Shown piece by piece: positions 9,463-20,965 of a DNA stretch of 64,000 nucleotides (position 1 is the first letter of the stretch; the number at the start of each line of letters is the position of its first letter). Under the pieces are notes generated by a model. That model had not been told where the DNA came from and searched no databases. It saw only the letters and a program-made list of their open reading frames with translations. Source of the stretch: an uncultured Acidimicrobiia bacterium (GTDB lineage: Bacteria; Actinomycetota; Acidimicrobiia; Spongiisociales; JAENVV01); assembly GCA_963698385.1 (NCBI GenBank), contig CAVOQP010000006.1, positions 17,097 to 81,096 on the forward strand, given 5' to 3'. A program made the translations under genes and the position numbers.

Positions 9463-10050
9463 ATGGCCCACACCCTCCTCGTGGCAGACGACCTGGGAGC
9501 ACGCGACAGCTACAAGCTCCTCACCGGTCTCGTCGTTCCTCGACCGATCGCATGGGTCGGGACCATGGGCTCCGATGGTGTAGCCAATGTGGCGCCGTTC
9601 TCGTTCTTCAACGTGGCGGCGTCGAAGCCTCCGACCCTGATGATCGGGCCCGGAGCGACGAAGGACACCCTCGCCAACATCCGGGAGACGGGTGCGTTCA
9701 CCGTGTCGGTGGTGTCGATGGCTGTCGCCGAGGCGATGAACGCGTCCTCGGCATCCCTGCCGGCCGACGAGGACGAATTCGTCCACGCGGGGGTCACGCC
9801 GATCCCCGGCATGGTGGTGGCCGCACCGTGGGTCTCCGAGGCGCCTGCGGCCATGGAGTGCACACTTCACTCCATCATCGACTTCGAGAGCGGATCAGCC
9901 GTCCTCGGGACGGTGGTCGCCTTCCACATCCGCACCGACCTCCTCGACGGCACCCGGGTTGACCAGGTCGCCCTCGATGCGGTCGGTCGCCTCGCCGGCT
10001 TCGGCTACTCCACCACCCGTGATCAGTTCGAGATGATCCGTCCCGACTGA
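9463..10050 (+). CDS. Flavin reductase-like family protein
   Basis: YKLLTGLVVPRPIAWV, NVAPFSFFN, KDTLANI, VGRLAG motifs. Confidence 0.9.
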   Translation: MAHTLLVADDLGARDSYKLLTGLVVPRPIAWVGTMGSDGVANVAPFSFFNVAASKPPTLMIGPGATKDTLANIRETGAFTVSVVSMAVAEAMNASSASLPADEDEFVHAGVTPIPGMVVAAPWVSEAPAAMECTLHSIIDFESGSAVLGTVVAFHIRTDLLDGTRVDQVALDAVGRLAGFGYSTTRDQFEMIRPD

Positions 10051-10096
10051 CTCAGCGATACCGGTTCCCCGACGGCACCAGGTGTAGGTTCACGGC

Positions 10097-11074
10097 ATGG
10101 ATCCCCGCATCGCCGTCTTCCTCGACTACGAGAACCTCGCCATCTCCGCCCGCCAAGACCTCGGGGTCGTGTTCGACTACGCCCCGGTGGCCGACGCCAT
10201 CGCCTCTCGCGGGCGGGTGGTGGTCCGACGGGCGTATGCCGACTGGACGCTCTTCTCGGACGACCGCAAGGAGCTCACTCGCCACCACATGGAGCTCATC
10301 GAGATCCCCCAGCGCATGGGGAGGCGGAAGAACGCCGCCGACATCAAGCTCTCGGTCGACGCGGTGGAACTCGCGCTCGACCGGGACTACATCGACACAT
10401 TCGTGATCGGGACCGGTGACTCCGATTTCTCGCCACTTGTCCACAAACTGCGCGAGTTCGACAAGCGGGTGATCGGTTTCGGGGTGGAGAAGACCACCTC
10501 GGCCCTGCTGCCCCCTGCCTGCGACGAATTCATGTTCTACGAGCGGCTGGGCGGCCTCGAACCGGCCGAACAGGCCCAGGAGGAGGAGCCCCCGTTGCTC
10601 GCCTTGGAGAAAGTCGTGATGCGCACGTTGTCGGGCATGCAGACGAGCGGTGATACAACCGTCCTGGCCTCGCAGTTGAAGAGGACCCTCCTCCGCAAGG
10701 ACTCGACGTTCAGCGAGGCCGAGTACGGGTTCAGGAGCTTCGGTGAGCTCCTCCACCACCTCGAGAACCGGGGGATCCTGGTGTCGACCCCGGGTCCGGC
10801 CACCGGCGACCCGGAGATCTCGGTCGCCGAGGGCGGGGGAGAGGAGGAGGCATTCAGGCTCCTTGCCGAAGTGATCGCCGTCGAGGCGAAGCGAGGCCAG
10901 GTGCAGCTGTCGGGCCTGAAGAACAAGCTCCGGGCCAAGGAGAAGAACTTCAGCGAGAAGACGTACGGGTTCGGGGGTTTCCTCCAGTTCGCCAAGGCTG
11001 CCTCGACACGGGGCATCCTCACACTCACCTGGAACGAGGAGCTGGGCGACTACGTCGTCGAGCCCGTCGGCTGA
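10097..11074 (+). CDS. NYN-domain (LabA-like) protein with two OST-HTH/LOTUS domains
   Basis: FLDYEN, AYADW, KNAADIKL, GDSDF; two FSE..YGF..F LOTUS repeats. Confidence 0.88.
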   Translation: MDPRIAVFLDYENLAISARQDLGVVFDYAPVADAIASRGRVVVRRAYADWTLFSDDRKELTRHHMELIEIPQRMGRRKNAADIKLSVDAVELALDRDYIDTFVIGTGDSDFSPLVHKLREFDKRVIGFGVEKTTSALLPPACDEFMFYERLGGLEPAEQAQEEEPPLLALEKVVMRTLSGMQTSGDTTVLASQLKRTLLRKDSTFSEAEYGFRSFGELLHHLENRGILVSTPGPATGDPEISVAEGGGEEEAFRLLAEVIAVEAKRGQVQLSGLKNKLRAKEKNFSEKTYGFGGFLQFAKAASTRGILTLTWNEELGDYVVEPVG

Positions 11075-11083
11075 CCGGGGCCG

Positions 11084-11929
11084 CTACGCGCCGGACCTGA
11101 TCCGCGCCCGGCCGGCGTAGACGTTGAAGCGGGTCTCGGATGCGAACCCGATGAGGGTGAGGCCGTGCTCGGTGGCCATACGAACCGCCAAACTGGACGG
11201 TGGTCCGACCGCCACCAAGGCCGGGACGGCAGCCAACAGTGCCTTCTGGACGAGTTCGAACGACGCTCGGGCCGAGGTGATGGCCACGAGGCTCCCCATG
11301 GCCACCCCGGAGCGGAGCGCGGCCCCGATCACCTTGTCGAGGGCGAAGTGGCGGCCGACATCCTCCCTGAGAAGCGCCACTTCGCCCTTCGGCGTGACGA
11401 GCGCCGCGGCATGTGCGCCGCCGGTCGCCGCGAAGAGGGCCTGGGAGTCCCCGAGGAGCCCGGGGAGGGCCCGGATGACGTGCGGGTCGAGTGCCGGGTC
11501 GGTCGGATGAAGGCGCGACAGGTGGGCGCCGACGACGTCGATGGCCGTCGTCCCGCACACGCCGCACGCCGAGGAGGTGATGCCGAACCGGTCGGCGGCG
11601 CGGGGGTCGAAGACCGCGGTCGTGGCCAGGGTGGCGACCACCACGTTCGCGCGGTTGCGTCCGATTCCAGCTTCGCGCACCTCCACGAGGTCGTCGATCG
11701 ACCCGATGACCCGCTCGCCGAGAAGGAATCCTGTCGTGAGGTCGAGGTCGTCGCCCGGGGTCCGCATGACCACCGCGAAGGTCGTCGGCGGGTCGTCGGG
11801 GTAGCGGAGTTGGATGACGAGCGGTTCCTCGACGGCGACCACATCCCCTGCCGTCGAGTGGGCCGTCGAAGTGCCGTAGCGATCGACCGTGACCGGGAAG
11901 CTGCGGATGGGATCCGAGGAGGAGGACAC
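11084..11929 (-). CDS. fdhD: Formate dehydrogenase accessory sulfurtransferase FdhD
   Basis: VAVEEPL, MRTPG, SSACGVCG, TGGAHAAAL, EDVGRH(F)ALDK, RASFELVQK. Confidence 0.9.
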   Translation of the reverse strand: MSSSSDPIRSFPVTVDRYGTSTAHSTAGDVVAVEEPLVIQLRYPDDPPTTFAVVMRTPGDDLDLTTGFLLGERVIGSIDDLVEVREAGIGRNRANVVVATLATTAVFDPRAADRFGITSSACGVCGTTAIDVVGAHLSRLHPTDPALDPHVIRALPGLLGDSQALFAATGGAHAAALVTPKGEVALLREDVGRHFALDKVIGAALRSGVAMGSLVAITSARASFELVQKALLAAVPALVAVGPPSSLAVRMATEHGLTLIGFASETRFNVYAGRARIRSGA

Positions 11930-11950
11930 CGGGAGACGCTAGTGGTGCGT

Positions 11951-12745
11951 CTACTCGGAACGGATGGACAACGAGATGAGTCCCATCGCGGCCGGGAGCA
12001 CGATGGCGGGGTCCGCCGAGATCAGCGTGGCCGAGAGCACTCCCACGAGTACGAGGAGTCGGGCGACGAACTGGTCCGACGCGGAAGGCGGTTCGCCGCC
12101 ACGGTCGGTCTCGACGGTGGGAGCGGCCCGGGAGGCGATACCCATCCCGAGGACTGCTCCGATGACCAGCGCCACCGGGGTGGCGGAGTCCAGGGGTCCC
12201 ATGGTGAATCCCCCCGACAGTGACAAGACCGCGGTGGACCCGACCGCCAGTCCCAGCGCCCACAGGCGACCGTCCCTGGCCCCCGGTGCCCGGAGCCGGG
12301 CGAGGGCGACCGCCATGACGATCGCCACCGACCACCCGGCAGGTGAGCGTGCGATCCACAGACCGAGGAGAACGAGAACCGCCAGGTCCCCGACGAGGGG
12401 ACGGCGGCCGGTCGAGCGAAGGCTCACGCGGCCCGTGAGGAGGAGCGCACCACCGATGAGGAATGAAGGACCCCCGAAGACCGCGGCACCGGCCGGCGCG
12501 AGCACGGCGGCGAACGCTGCCGGTCGGCTGTGGTCGTGGTGGAGCTCGCGGGTGGTCGCCCAGGCCAAGAACGAGGCCCCGGCCCACACCAGTCCGGTGA
12601 CGCCGGCCACGCGCCAGTCCCGTTCACCGAACCAGCCGAAGACCGCCCCGGCGAGCCCCGCGAGAGCGGCGAGGTTGATGGCGAGCCTGACGGATGGGAA
12701 CGACGGATCGACGGCTCGGCCTAGGTGGGAGCGGAACCGAGGCAT
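11951..12745 (-). CDS. Hypothetical multi-pass membrane protein
   Basis: Hydrophobic ORF from MPRFRSHLGR; start coupled (TGATG) to the thioesterase stop. Confidence 0.65.
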   Translation of the reverse strand: MPRFRSHLGRAVDPSFPSVRLAINLAALAGLAGAVFGWFGERDWRVAGVTGLVWAGASFLAWATTRELHHDHSRPAAFAAVLAPAGAAVFGGPSFLIGGALLLTGRVSLRSTGRRPLVGDLAVLVLLGLWIARSPAGWSVAIVMAVALARLRAPGARDGRLWALGLAVGSTAVLSLSGGFTMGPLDSATPVALVIGAVLGMGIASRAAPTVETDRGGEPPSASDQFVARLLVLVGVLSATLISADPAIVLPAAMGLISLSIRSE

Positions 12746-13551
12746 CAGCGACGGATGAGGAGTTGGGTCTGGAGCACGTGTCCGAAGGGCCCCGACTCGT
12801 CGAATCCCCAGGCGTGGACGAGCCCGATGCCATGGGATTGTGGATCGGCACCGGCCCGCATCCCGATCCACTCGCCGTGGGGCGGACGCGAGAACGCCAC
12901 GGTCATGTCGGGGTTGATCCAGATGTAGCGGTCGACGTCGAGCGCGCTCGAGAGCCCGTTGGCCATGTCGGCGATGGCGACGAACTCCGTGAGCGGGCTC
13001 ACCGGTTCGTCCTCGATCACATCCACGAGGAGTCGGAACCAGCCTTCCCCGGGCCCCAGCCGTTCCCACCCCTTGTCGATGGAGCGCCGCTCCGCGGCAT
13101 GGAGGTGGAAGCGGGGGATGGAATGGTCGGCCCACTCACCGCTGCCGGCGTCCTCCACCGGCGGGTGATCGATGGGAGGCGTCGGGACCGAGAAAGCGGG
13201 GCGAGGGACGTCGTCGAATTCGATCGCCTCGGTCCGGATCATCTGCGCCTGGGCGGTTGCCAACGGGTCGTCGCTGCCCTCGAGGAGCAGATCGGCCTCG
13301 ACCACCGCCACCCTCCGTCCTGCCCGCAGCGTCCGGGTACGTGTTCGCAGGCGGGTGATCGGGATGGGACGCATGAGCGAGACGGTGATCCGGGTCATGT
13401 CCATCGGAACGGGGAGGTCGACGCCCTGGATTGCGTGGGCAAGGAGCGCCGAGGGCGGTCCTCCGTGTTGGTCGGTCGTGTTCCAACCGGTGCGGGTGTG
13501 CTCGGAGGACTCGAACGTGTTCTCGTCGACCCGACGGAACAGCCAGGTCAC
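12745..13551 (-). CDS. Acyl-CoA thioesterase-like (double hotdog) protein
   Basis: W...QHGGPPSALL, LRAGRR, INPDMTV..SRPPHGEWIG; overlaps the orn stop. Confidence 0.85.
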   Translation of the reverse strand: MTWLFRRVDENTFESSEHTRTGWNTTDQHGGPPSALLAHAIQGVDLPVPMDMTRITVSLMRPIPITRLRTRTRTLRAGRRVAVVEADLLLEGSDDPLATAQAQMIRTEAIEFDDVPRPAFSVPTPPIDHPPVEDAGSGEWADHSIPRFHLHAAERRSIDKGWERLGPGEGWFRLLVDVIEDEPVSPLTEFVAIADMANGLSSALDVDRYIWINPDMTVAFSRPPHGEWIGMRAGADPQSHGIGLVHAWGFDESGPFGHVLQTQLLIRR

Positions 13552-14096
13552 TTGAACACCTGTGCCCGATAGTGCTTGAGCTCGTCGATCGACTCACGGA
13601 TGTCGATGAGTGCCCGGTGGTCCCCGCTCTTCTCGGGAGCGGAGGCGACCGCCTCGGGATACCAGCGACGGGCGAGCTCCTTGATGGTGGTGACGTCGAC
13701 GAGGCGATAGTGCAGGTGGTCGGTGATGGTCGGCATGTGGCGGACGAGGAACGAGCGATCAGCGTGGATCGAGCTCCCGGCCAGGATGCCGCTCCGCGGC
13801 TCCGGTACATGCTCGACGATGAACGCGAGCACCGCCTGCTCGGCATCGGCCAGCGACACGGTGGATTCCCGTGCCTGGCCGAGCAGCCCGGATTTCGTGT
13901 GCATCTTGGTCACCACCTCGTCCATGAGCGCCAGCTCCTCATCGGTGGCATGGATGACGAACTCGGGGCCCTCGACGGTCACCTCGAGGTCGCCGTCGGT
14001 GATGATCACGGCGATCTCGACGATCGTGTGGACGTCCGCGTCGAGACCGGTCATCTCGAGGTCGATCCACACGAGGGGGCGCTTCAGTGCAGGCAT
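13548..14096 (-). CDS. orn: Oligoribonuclease
   Basis: LVWIDLEMTGLD, MHTKSGL, LHYRLVDV, HRALIDIRESIDELKHY (DEDDh). Confidence 0.96.
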   Translation of the reverse strand: MPALKRPLVWIDLEMTGLDADVHTIVEIAVIITDGDLEVTVEGPEFVIHATDEELALMDEVVTKMHTKSGLLGQARESTVSLADAEQAVLAFIVEHVPEPRSGILAGSSIHADRSFLVRHMPTITDHLHYRLVDVTTIKELARRWYPEAVASAPEKSGDHRALIDIRESIDELKHYRAQVFK

Positions 14097-14141
14097 GGGT
14101 CCGCAGGCTACCCGGCGACCCCTCGCTCCCGAACGCGGCGG

Positions 14142-16790
<2,649 letters not shown>

Positions 16791-16940
16791 GGCGGCCTCC
16801 AAGGGAAACATTGCGTGTTCTTGGGACAAGGGTAGGACGAAATCAGGGCCTGAACGGCGGTCGCTGTCGCAAGAATGCCCCAAGTAGTCCGGGCTGAAGA
16901 ATCGACCGTTCTTGCGGGGTGCCGCCGGGCGTGGGGCCGA

Positions 16941-17600
16941 TCAGGCTCGCCGACCCTTCCTTCTGACCGCACGCCACAGCAGTCCGAGGGGAAGTGCGAG
17001 CCACGTCCACGTGAGGTCGCCCGGACCCCCGTGCCCGTGGGCCCTTTGCTGGGGTCGGATGCGCAGCAGGCAGTAGGAGGCGGTGGCGACCGCCAGCTCG
17101 CTGTCGGTGGCGCGGGTGGGATGGAGGCCGAAGAGCGGGGCCGCGAAGCCGGAATCGACGAGAACCTTGCGCATGAGCGTGAGCCTCCTCGGATCGTGGG
17201 AGGCGTCATCGGCGGTCGCCTCCCACCGGCCGTCGGGCAACCAGACTGCAAGGTCGCCGGAAGCGAGGACGTTGCGGAACCAGTCGGTGCGCTCACCGAA
17301 GGCGGCCACGCAGTAGAGGTTGCCACCGTCCCTGGTGAAGTTGACCGGTGTTCGGTACTGCGCCCCACTCCGTCGGCCGACATGTTCGATGACCAGCAGG
17401 CGACCGGAGCCGCGCGGCCACAGCTCGGTCATACGGCCCAGTCCCAGCCTCCAGAGCAGGACCATCCCCCGGTTCATCCCATGGAACACACGGCGCAACG
17501 CGGCGAGTCTCGTGGGCTGCATCACCCACTGGTAGCGGTCCGCCACCCCGGTCGGGGGCGGATGGACTCGGTCTCCGGGAGGAGGGTGGATCGGTTCCAT
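16941..17600 (-). CDS. Deazaflavin (F420)-dependent nitroreductase family protein
   Basis: GRRSG..YRTP and DWFRNVLA motifs; C-terminal hydrophobic tail; start uncertain. Confidence 0.75.
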   Translation of the reverse strand: MEPIHPPPGDRVHPPPTGVADRYQWVMQPTRLAALRRVFHGMNRGMVLLWRLGLGRMTELWPRGSGRLLVIEHVGRRSGAQYRTPVNFTRDGGNLYCVAAFGERTDWFRNVLASGDLAVWLPDGRWEATADDASHDPRRLTLMRKVLVDSGFAAPLFGLHPTRATDSELAVATASYCLLRIRPQQRAHGHGGPGDLTWTWLALPLGLLWRAVRRKGRRA

Positions 17601-17677
17601 CACGCATCCGCTCCTTGGGCCATCCACGTGACGCCGGCTCGGTGAGCCGTTCGTCAGGACTCCATCAAGCCTATGCG

Positions 17678-18394
17678 CTACCGCTTGGTGGTGAGCTCGA
17701 CCCTGGTGACGCAGGCGTCGGCATGGCCGTGGGGGATCACCTGGGGCCGCATGGCCGGCTCGAGAACGTCGAGGATGCCCGAGACGATGCCCTGGTCGAG
17801 CGAGCAGATCACCGCCGGATGGGAGAGTGCCATGTCGCCGAAGGGACAGTGGCTCGTGAGGAGCTGCTGCTCGGAGTCGGGATCTGCCCCCACGTCGAAG
17901 CCGGCCTTGCTCATCGCCCTGGCCAGGGCTGTCACCGCCTGGAAGTATCCCTCGGCGTCGGACGGGCCGAGCTCGGCGGCGAGTTCGCGCCCGTAGGTGC
18001 GGCCGACTTCGGTGGCCCGGGCGGCGATGTCAGCTCCCTCACCCAGGGTGCCCACGAGGCGGAGGAGGAGTTCGAGGATCACATTGCCACGGCGCCCGGG
18101 GAAACGGAGATCGATCTGTTTGTTGGTGGCGGAGTAGCACTTGGCAGGACGTCCCGCACCGTTCTCGCGGCCCTTGGCGGAGCGGCGGGCTTCGACCTCG
18201 AGGTAGCCGTCCTGCGTCAGGCGATCGAGGTGGTGGCGAGCGACATTGGGGTGGATGCTGAACACGTCGGCGATCTCGGAGGCGGTGAGTGGGCGGTCCG
18301 ACTCCCGAATCGCCACGTAGATCCCGCGTCGCGTCGGGTCGCCGAGGGTGGAGGTCAAGTCGGCGATTTGTCGGTCGAAGGCCTTGGTGTCCAT
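17678..18394 (-). CDS. Winged-HTH (ArsR/SufR-like) transcriptional regulator
   Basis: LGDPTRRGIY, HPNVARHHLDRL, GRPAK.Y; C-terminal HCPF...VICSLD...C cysteines. Confidence 0.85.
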   Translation of the reverse strand: MDTKAFDRQIADLTSTLGDPTRRGIYVAIRESDRPLTASEIADVFSIHPNVARHHLDRLTQDGYLEVEARRSAKGRENGAGRPAKCYSATNKQIDLRFPGRRGNVILELLLRLVGTLGEGADIAARATEVGRTYGRELAAELGPSDAEGYFQAVTALARAMSKAGFDVGADPDSEQQLLTSHCPFGDMALSHPAVICSLDQGIVSGILDVLEPAMRPQVIPHGHADACVTRVELTTKR

Positions 18395-18459
18395 GTTGGG
18401 TTCCCCTCGTCCCTCACTATAGTTTCGACCCTCCCCCAACCTCCTCGGAGTTTTCGTTC

Positions 18460-19548
18460 ATGGCCGACCCCACCTCCATCGAAGCGGCCCTGGCAGACGT
18501 TCGGTACCCCCTGCTCGGGAGAACGATCGGCGAACTCGGACTCGTGGAACGGGTCGAGAAGGGCCGTCTCGGCACGGCGACGGTGCATCTCAAGGTCCCG
18601 TTCGTGGGGCATCCATCGGATCAGCTCATGCAGGACGAGATCCGGGCAGCCCTGGCCGACGCGGGTGGCATCCGCTCGGTCACGGTCGAGGTCCGGGAGA
18701 TGACCGAGGAGGAGCAGGCGGCGTCGATGGGACCGCTTGTGGCATCCGTGCCGGGTGTGGTCGCACCCGGTTCGAAGACGAGGGTCATCTCGATCGCGTC
18801 CGGGAAGGGAGGCGTGGGGAAGTCCTCCGTCACGACCAACCTCGCGGTGGCCTTGGCCGCCCGCGGCCGGTCTGTCGGTGTCATGGATGCCGACGTGTGG
18901 GGGTTCAGCATCCCGGGCATGCTGGGTGCCGGCCCGAGCCCGATCCTCATTCATCAGTCGATCATCCCGCCCATCGCCCATGGGGTGAAGGTCATGTCGA
19001 TGGACTTCTTCGTGGGCGACGACAAGGCGGTCATCTGGCGGGGCCCGATGCTCCACAAGGCGATGGAGCAGTTCATCAACGATGTGTTCTGGGATGGCCC
19101 AGAGTTCCTCCTGATCGACACGCCGCCCGGGACTGGCGACGTCGCCATCTCACTGAGCCAGTTCCTTCCACGGGCCCAGCAACTGCTTGTCACCACCCCG
19201 CAACCCACGGCCCAGCGGGTCGCCCGACGGGCCGGCCTCATGGCCCGGGAGGTCGATCAGGAACTCATGGGTGTCATCGAGAACATGTCATGGTTCACCG
19301 CGGACGACGGCACCCGTTATGAGATCTTCGGGGCCGGCGGCGGGCAGCGACTCGCCGACGACCTGGGCGTGCCGCTCCTCGGCCGAATCCCGCTGCTGCC
19401 CGCGATGCGAGAAGGCGCGGACGAGGGAACGCCGATCCGGGTACTCGACCCCGAGGGCGAGGTTGCCCAAGCATTCGATGCCTTGGCGGTGGCCGTGGAG
19501 GGGCTTCGCCCCCGGGTGCGCACGCATCCGGACCTGGTGATTAGGTAA
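18460..19548 (+). CDS. mrp: Mrp/NBP35 (ApbC) P-loop ATPase
   Basis: SGKGGVGKS, DADVWG, WRGPM, DTPPGTGD, VTTPQ, ENMS. Confidence 0.93.
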   Translation: MADPTSIEAALADVRYPLLGRTIGELGLVERVEKGRLGTATVHLKVPFVGHPSDQLMQDEIRAALADAGGIRSVTVEVREMTEEEQAASMGPLVASVPGVVAPGSKTRVISIASGKGGVGKSSVTTNLAVALAARGRSVGVMDADVWGFSIPGMLGAGPSPILIHQSIIPPIAHGVKVMSMDFFVGDDKAVIWRGPMLHKAMEQFINDVFWDGPEFLLIDTPPGTGDVAISLSQFLPRAQQLLVTTPQPTAQRVARRAGLMAREVDQELMGVIENMSWFTADDGTRYEIFGAGGGQRLADDLGVPLLGRIPLLPAMREGADEGTPIRVLDPEGEVAQAFDALAVAVEGLRPRVRTHPDLVIR

Positions 19549-19551
19549 GCG

Positions 19552-19657
19552 AACCTCAACTTCAACTTCGACGTCAACCAAGAATGGGCCTCGGCCCTTG
19601 GAGTCCCGAGCGGCCCCGATGGCGCTCCGGGTTGAAGTTGAAGGCGATGTTGACGTT
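19552..19657. repeat. Inverted pair of degenerate hexamer arrays between convergent genes
   Basis: aacctcaacttcaacttcgacgtcaacc (19552-19579) and ggttgaagttgaaggcgatgttgacgtt (19630-19657). Confidence 0.75.
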
Positions 19658-19672
19658 CAGCCCGAGGCCGGC

Positions 19673-20137
19673 TCAGTCGCCGTCGTCGTCGCCCACCGAG
19701 GTCGGTTTGTCCGAACGGAGGAAGCTCTCGGCGACGTTCACCACGAAACGTTCGCGGATCGCTTCCCGCCCGATCAAGACCTGGTACTGCATGTTGGTCC
19801 GATCCGCCAGGGTGAACTCGGCGTCCCACACCCTCTTGCCGAGGCGTACGCGGCTCTCGATGACGTAGCGGTCCTCCTCGCGGCCACCGTCTCCCGGGTT
19901 GCGGATCGTCCGCTCCTCCACGAGGGGCGCTTTGCGGCGCACCGGGTTGCCCTCCGCGTCGCTGGTGGTGAAGAACACGTGCTCGATGCCTTGTCGGCGC
20001 CTGACGAGGAGCTTGATGGCATGGAGCGAGGAGGTACGGGCGCCAGTATCGATCTTGGCGACCATCGGGGGAAGGTCGATGTCGAGGAGCTCGACGGTCT
20101 CGCGCCAACCGATGGAGATGGGTCGTGAGGTGGCCAT
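19673..20137 (-). CDS. RimK-associated retropepsin-like protease (often annotated ATP-dependent Zn protease)
   Basis: IGWRE, AKIDTGARTSSLHA, EFTLADR..M...LIGR. Confidence 0.85.
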   Translation of the reverse strand: MATSRPISIGWRETVELLDIDLPPMVAKIDTGARTSSLHAIKLLVRRRQGIEHVFFTTSDAEGNPVRRKAPLVEERTIRNPGDGGREEDRYVIESRVRLGKRVWDAEFTLADRTNMQYQVLIGREAIRERFVVNVAESFLRSDKPTSVGDDDGD

Positions 20138-20214
20138 GTTCGGTTCAGGGTACGCCGAGTCTCGTGCTTCGCCGCCGCCCGGGAAAGCCACCGATCGGCA
20201 CTACCGTCCCTCCG

Positions 20215-20955
20215 ATGATCCACGTGGCCGGCCCGATCGCCGTCGAAGCCGTGCTGCAGGGCGGCGTGCGCCGGGTGGAGCGCGTCCTCGTGGGTCCCAA
20301 CCGCCGCAAGGGCGTCGACACGCTCCTGGCGGCCTGCCGCGGCCGGGGCATCCTCGTGGAGGAGGTCACCGACGGTGCCCTTGCCGCACTCGATCCGCGT
20401 CCGGGCGGGATCATCGCCGAAGTGGGTGAGCGGTCATTCCTCGAGCCCGACGCCCTGTGGAACGACCCACTGCCCTTCGTGGCCCACCTCGACGGCGTCG
20501 AGGATCCCTTCAACTTCGGACAGGCCGTGCGCACGCTCTACGCCGCCGGGTGCGACGGGACCCTGCTCCCCGAACGGAACTGGATGACGGCCACGGCAAC
20601 CGTGACGAGGTCGTCTGCCGGCGCGTCGGAGTTCATGCCGATGGCCATCCAGTCGGCCGGCGATGCCGTGGAATCGGCCGCCGGGCGAGGTGTGGCGGTG
20701 ATCGCGACGTCGGACCGAGCGGACCAAGACATCCACGACGTGGACCTCTCCGGGCCGCTCCTCGTCCTCTTCGGTGGGGAGAAGCGAGGCGTGACCCGTT
20801 CGCTCCTCTCCCAGGTGGAGACGGTTCGTATCCCCTATGGGCGACGGTTCCCGCGTTCGCTCGGAACTGTCGCTGCAACGTCGGTGGTCGCGTTCGAGGT
20901 GATGCGGCAGCGCAACCCGGCTCGGCAGGGCTCTGCCGGGGCCCCCGGCCAGTAG
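20215..20955 (+). CDS. TrmH/SpoU family RNA 2'-O-methyltransferase
   Basis: DGVEDPFNFG..R, FGGEKRGV, IPY...SL SPOUT motifs. Confidence 0.85.
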   Translation: MIHVAGPIAVEAVLQGGVRRVERVLVGPNRRKGVDTLLAACRGRGILVEEVTDGALAALDPRPGGIIAEVGERSFLEPDALWNDPLPFVAHLDGVEDPFNFGQAVRTLYAAGCDGTLLPERNWMTATATVTRSSAGASEFMPMAIQSAGDAVESAAGRGVAVIATSDRADQDIHDVDLSGPLLVLFGGEKRGVTRSLLSQVETVRIPYGRRFPRSLGTVAATSVVAFEVMRQRNPARQGSAGAPGQ

Positions 20956-20965
20956 CCTCCCGCCG

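Noticed and set aside
10097..11074. NYN-LOTUS protein as a defence or toxin system
   Set aside because: Widespread stand-alone family; no antitoxin or defence neighbours.
19270..19335. Mrp lacking the CxxC after ENMS as a novel inactive variant
   Set aside because: Loss of this motif is, to my knowledge, common in actinobacterial Mrp proteins.
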